Below, in pieces: positions 8,985 through 12,926 of a stretch of DNA of 12,926 nt (the stretch's first letter is position 1; each line of letters starts with the position of its first letter). This DNA is from Azolla caroliniana (lineage: Eukaryota > Plantae > Polypodiophyta): positions 1-12,926 of the forward strand of contig JBHGNT010001014.1 of assembly GCA_043228905.1 (NCBI GenBank), read 5' to 3'. Under the pieces are notes generated by a model. It ran no database searches. It was given only the letters and a program-made list of their open reading frames with translations, and was not told the origin of the DNA. The position numbers were made by a program, and so were the translations under genes.

Positions 8985-9220
8985 ATAATATATACAATAC
9001 ATGCAATTAATAAAACACAATATGTACACACATACCTATGTACACATGCAATACAATCCATACAATACTTATATACATATATAACACATACATACATACA
9101 CACATTCTATACATACAATACAATACAATATGTACATACATACACACATACCTATATATACATGCAATACAATACCTATATACACATATAACACATACAT
9201 ACATACACATATACACACAT
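8985..9220. repeat. Compound (ATAC/AC/AT/AATAC)n simple repeat
   Basis: Directly visible low-complexity tract with higher-order re-use of ACATACCTAT..ACATGCAATACAAT. Confidence 0.92.
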
Positions 9221-9221
9221 T

Positions 9222-11595
9222 CCATACGGAGACGAGGTATCAACACATGAGCTGTATTTCGAGCGGAAACCGAATTTGAGGCACCTTCGGATATTTGGTA
9301 GCATAACATATGTGCATATACCGGATGAGAAGCGGAAGAAACTAGATCCGAAGTCGGAGAAGTGCATCCTAGTCAATTACTCGCATGAGCAAAAGGGGTA
9401 TAAGTGCTATAACCCCCGGACTAAGCAGGTCCGAGTAAGCCGAGATGTCGAGTTTGATGAGACGACATTATGGTACTCCTTACCGATTCCAATTCCTGAC
9501 GAAGACCCGATTTCAGAGGATGAGGCTAGTGAGCCCGAGGAGGTCCAGGTAGAAGATGAAGACTTCGGCACTCTAGAAGAGAGTCTGATCTGATTCTGGC
9601 TAAGTGGGCCAAATGAGCGGCTGAGTCGGGATGACCAGTCGGGATGACCAGTCGGATGAAGAACCGGTGAGTGGTGGAGACTCTACAGTGCTCTCCCTGC
9701 GCAAGGAACCGAGGAGACGGTTCACGCGCAAAGAGAAAGGGAAGCAGAAAATGTCGGAATACGAAACCGGCAACGTTGAGTTGGATCGGAGCGAATCCGA
9801 CTCCGGAAAGAATGGAGGCGGATCTTCGAGAACGAAGTTCGAACCGGCCAAGAAGGGCCCCAAACCGAGTGATGGCAAGTTACGTCGGTCTTCCCGCCAG
9901 AAGAAACCCGTTATGCGGTACGGGTACAATGAGTACATGGTGCATCACTATGCATACATGACCAAAGTGGCGGAAGTGCGTGAGCTAGAGAGCTACGCAG
10001 AAGCGACAAAGGACGCAAATTGGCGTGCCGCTATGGAAGAAGAAATGCGGGCACTCAATGCCAACGACACATCGGACCTCGTTGACCGTCCCCGACACTA
10101 TAACCTGATCGGTTGCAAATGGATGTACAAGGTAAAGTACAATGCCGACGGTTTGGTTAACCGGTACAAGGCCTAGTTAGTGGCGAAAGGATACACACAT
10201 ACCCACGGAATCGACTACGACGAGACCTTCGCTCCGGTAGCGAAGATGACAACGGTTCGTGTGGTACTGGCAGTTGTTGCGGCAAGGTGGTGGCATCTTC
10301 ACCAAATGGACGTGAAGAATGCATTTCTTCAAGGTGATCTTGAAGAACGGGTCTATATGATCCAACCCCTCGGTTTCCAATCGGAGATGAACAAGTCGGC
10401 AGTGTGCCAACTTAAGAAGTCGCTTTACGGTCTAAAACAAGCCCCCCGAGCTTGGAATGCGCAGATCACACACCGGTTGCATAAGATGGCGTTTGTGACC
10501 TCTAAATCCCACTCATCATTGTTCATCCGCCAAGGTCCAGATGGTCCGGTTTGCATTTTGCTTTATGTAGATGATTTAGTCATCACTGGACCCGGACTCG
10601 TTGAAATTGGCTGAGTGAAGTTCCAGCTGTTGGATGCATTTGAAATGAAGGACCTGGGGGACCTTCGTTATTTTCTTGGGATTGAGGTGATCCAAACCCC
10701 CGATGGCATATTGCTCTCACAACACCATGATGTGTTGAATATGCTGTACAAGTTCGGCATGACATAATGCCGATCGATCTCCACACCCCTGGACCAGAAC
10801 CAAAAGCTCCGTCCCAACTCCGGACCGGCCTGCGATGAGGAACGATTTCGACAGATAGTCGGAAGCCTGCTAGACTTGACAATAACCCGACCCAACATCA
10901 GTTATCCGGTTGGTGTGATCAGCCAATTCATGCAAAAGCCAACTGTGGAGCACCTTTAGTGCGCGCATCGAATATTGTAGTATGTGAGCGGCACGAAGGA
11001 CGGGGGATTGTTATACCAGCATGGTATAATCGAAGAGCTAGTCGGATACATAGATGCCGACTGGGTTGGTGATGCATCGGATCGCCGATCCACCTCTGAG
11101 TACATGTTTTCTCTTGGTAACGTGGTTGTTGCATGGAACAGCAAAAAACAACCAACAGTGGCTCTATCGAGCACTGAGGCTGAGTATCGGGGTACCATTA
11201 TCACATGTGAAGCCATCTGGCTTCAATGACTATTGCATGACCTCCGGATCGAGGTGCCTACCCCGATCCCGAACCACTGTGACAACATGAGCAACATACA
11301 ACTCGCCAAGAACCCAGTGTTCCATGCTCGAACAAAGCACATAGAAGTGCATTATCACTTTGTTTGTGAGCGGATCCTGAGTAGTGAATTTGAACTTCGG
11401 TATGTTCACACGGATCGGTAAGTTGCCGACATCTTCACCAAGCCGCTCGGGTCAGACAAGTTGCAACATTTTTCGGAGATGCTCGGCCTGCAACATCTCG
11501 ATGTGCCACACTTGAGGGGGAGAATAGGAATGAGAATGGATGGCACCGGACAAGGAGCCGGAGAGGAAGAAAGAACCAAAGGGGGAGATAAATAG
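9222..11595 (+). pseudogene. pol: Copia pol remnant: integrase C-terminal (SH3-like), RT (RVT_2), RNase H
   Basis: LRIFGS..YVH..KRKKLDPK..KC...KGYKCY...VSRDV.FDE; W..AM.EEM; GIDYDETFAPVAK; LHQMDVKNAFLQG; LKKSLYGLKQAPRAW; LYVDD (YVDD at 10564-10575); DADWVGD..DRRST; SSTEAEY; CDN; RTKHIEVHYHF; ADIFTKPL. Stops at 9591, 10174, 10612, 10765, 10957, 10978, 11227 and 11419, plus one frameshift at about 9630. Confidence 0.95.
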
Positions 11596-12143
11596 AAAAA
11601 GAAAGCCGAGCCGACTGAAGGAGTCGGCACATCTGAACAAGTTGGAGCAAACGGCAATGGCAACAGAGTCAAGAAGGACAGAGCTGACTGAAAGAAGGCG
11701 GACGTGGTCTGACGTGGTGAAGGGCCTAAAAACGGAAGACGATTTGGAGAACACCGACTCAGACAAGAGCTGGAATGAATCGGGAGCGACCGATTCGGAC
11801 AAGAGGTGGAACGAATCGGAGGAAACCAATTTGGTTCAAGATTCGGAGAAGCCAGATCAACTAAAGGCCAATCGAACGAGAAGGTAGCAGAAGTCGACAA
11901 CGACACGGAGGAACCGATGGATTGACAACCGTCGGAGTCATAACAAGGAAGAAGCTAAAATGGGCCTGTTGAGCAGACAAGCCGTCCGAGGAGGTCGAGG
12001 TGCGCAGAACCAGAAGGGTCGCGGCAAACATGACCGGACTGTACGAGGAGCGCGAGCAAGGTGGAGCAACGCCAGAATGAGCTGGGCAGAAGAACTGACT
12101 GCCACAGACACCAACACCACGATCCGACCTCAAGTTAAGCTTG
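11540..12143 (+). pseudogene. Extra hydrophilic ORF or pol C-terminal extension downstream of RNase H (~200 codons, one internal TAG)
   Basis: ORFs 11540-11887 and 11960-12163 share a frame, and the gap between them is open (QKSTTTRRNRWIDNRRSHNKEEAK). It contains a 36-bp duplication diverged mostly at synonymous sites. Confidence 0.55.
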
Positions 12144-12926
12144 TCGATTTGCTTCGAAGTTGACATGATAACATCATCACCAAAGGTCTCTCTAATTGTG
12201 TCCACATGAAAGATGCTAGACCAGGAGCCCATACTACTGATGCATACATGAGGGAAGGGTCACTAATGAGTCAAAGAGCTATCCCTTAGTTCGTGGCTCT
12301 TGAAAGTATGTCCGATGGCATTGTCTCTCTAAGTATGCCTACCCTCTCTTTAGCCTATCTTTGGTTGCTTGGGTCATCGAGAATTTACCTGAACAAGCAC
12401 TAAAAGTAATCCAACTACTAGATATACATGTGATCCAACCACCTCAACTGGTTTATGAGAGAGGATTAGGTGACATTTACTCCTAGCTCGAGATGATGTA
12501 TGAAAGATAAGGACTTTAATTTTCTCTAGGTTCACTACCAGTCCTCGTTGTGTGCAAAAGTCATCTAGGGCATTAAGGTGCTTTTGTAGGTTGTGTTCAG
12601 TCTCCAAGAGCAAAACTATGTCATTTGTGTAGAGTAAGAGACTAACTAGCGTACCCCCAATGGCTACTCTGTTGCCTCCCTTACGAGCAATAAAATCAGT
12701 GATCTCATCAATGTAGATCCCAAAAAGAGTCGATGATAGGGGCAACCCTGTTTTACACCAATGGTGCTAGTGAAGCAATCAGATAGACCACCTAGGCATC
12801 TTACGCCCCTACAGACTTGCTCATATAGAGCATAGATGGCCCAAATCATCTCATTTGGTATCTCCAAGATTTTAAGCCTATCAAACAACCGCTCCCTGGG
12901 AACTGTGTCAAAGGTTTTGCGGAAGT
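12142..12926 (-). mobile_element. Non-LTR retrotransposon (LINE) reverse transcriptase remnant, continues beyond the window
   Basis: DFRKTFDTVPR...IGVKQGCP/LSSTLFGIYIDE...LLLYTNDIVLL (YADD decayed, 12631-12620)...GLVVNLEKIKVLIF...YL/ITF...FQEPRTKG*LFDSLV/VWAPGL...QLERPLVMMLSCQLRSKST. Frameshifts and stops are present. Confidence 0.92.

Larger units (their letters stand above)
9222..12143 (+). mobile_element. Ty1/copia retrotransposon, truncated at both ends (no LTRs)
   Basis: Integrase C-terminus, RT and RNase H in the order diagnostic of copia. It begins abruptly after the microsatellite and ends at the LINE junction. Confidence 0.95.

Noticed and set aside
8967-9309. His/Tyr/Thr- or Cys/Val/Met-rich ORFs (also 8225-8443)
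   Set aside because: Translations of simple repeats.
11701-11718. Tandem GACGTGGT (ABRE/G-box-like) pair
   Set aside because: It lies inside a putative coding frame (TWSDVV) and away from any promoter, so a regulatory role cannot be supported.
11540-12143. Envelope gene
   Set aside because: No signal peptide or transmembrane segment; the product is entirely hydrophilic.
11406-12232. Minus-strand ORFs of 60-166 aa over the Copia tail
   Set aside because: Ser/Phe/Leu/Pro-rich shadows of a purine-rich plus strand; the synonymous pattern in the 36-bp repeat favours the plus frame.

Overview
Plant nuclear DNA. A fern is my best guess, from remembered and unverified resemblance of the retroelement proteins to fern hypothetical proteins. 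Left part (1-~3600, minus strand): the 5' part of an apparently intact long coiled-coil gene of the WEB/ICR-like group. Exon 1 is 2655-2476, a GT-AG intron carries a MITE, and exon 2 is open from 1930 off the window edge; the ORF track misses exon 2 because it has no stop in the window. Two 5'UTR introns are likely. The rest is a block of decayed, nested transposons: (1) the 5' end of a minus-strand Copia element (LTR 5541-5086, tRNA-iMet PBS, interrupted leader, gag start 4249-4049); (2) the Ty3/gypsy chromovirus integrase remnant it appears to have inserted into (5542-6479, with PPT and the start of the 3' LTR); (3) an unidentified spliced pseudogene with telo-box repeats (7457-6690); (4) an AT-rich and microsatellite stretch; (5) the 3' half of a plus-strand Copia pol (9222-11595), followed by an unusual ~200-codon extra frame where the LTR should be; (6) a minus-strand LINE RT remnant fused tail-to-tail with it. 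The most interesting items are the extra Trp-motif ORF after Copia RNase H and a potentially two-state hairpin with a loop palindrome in the Copia leader.
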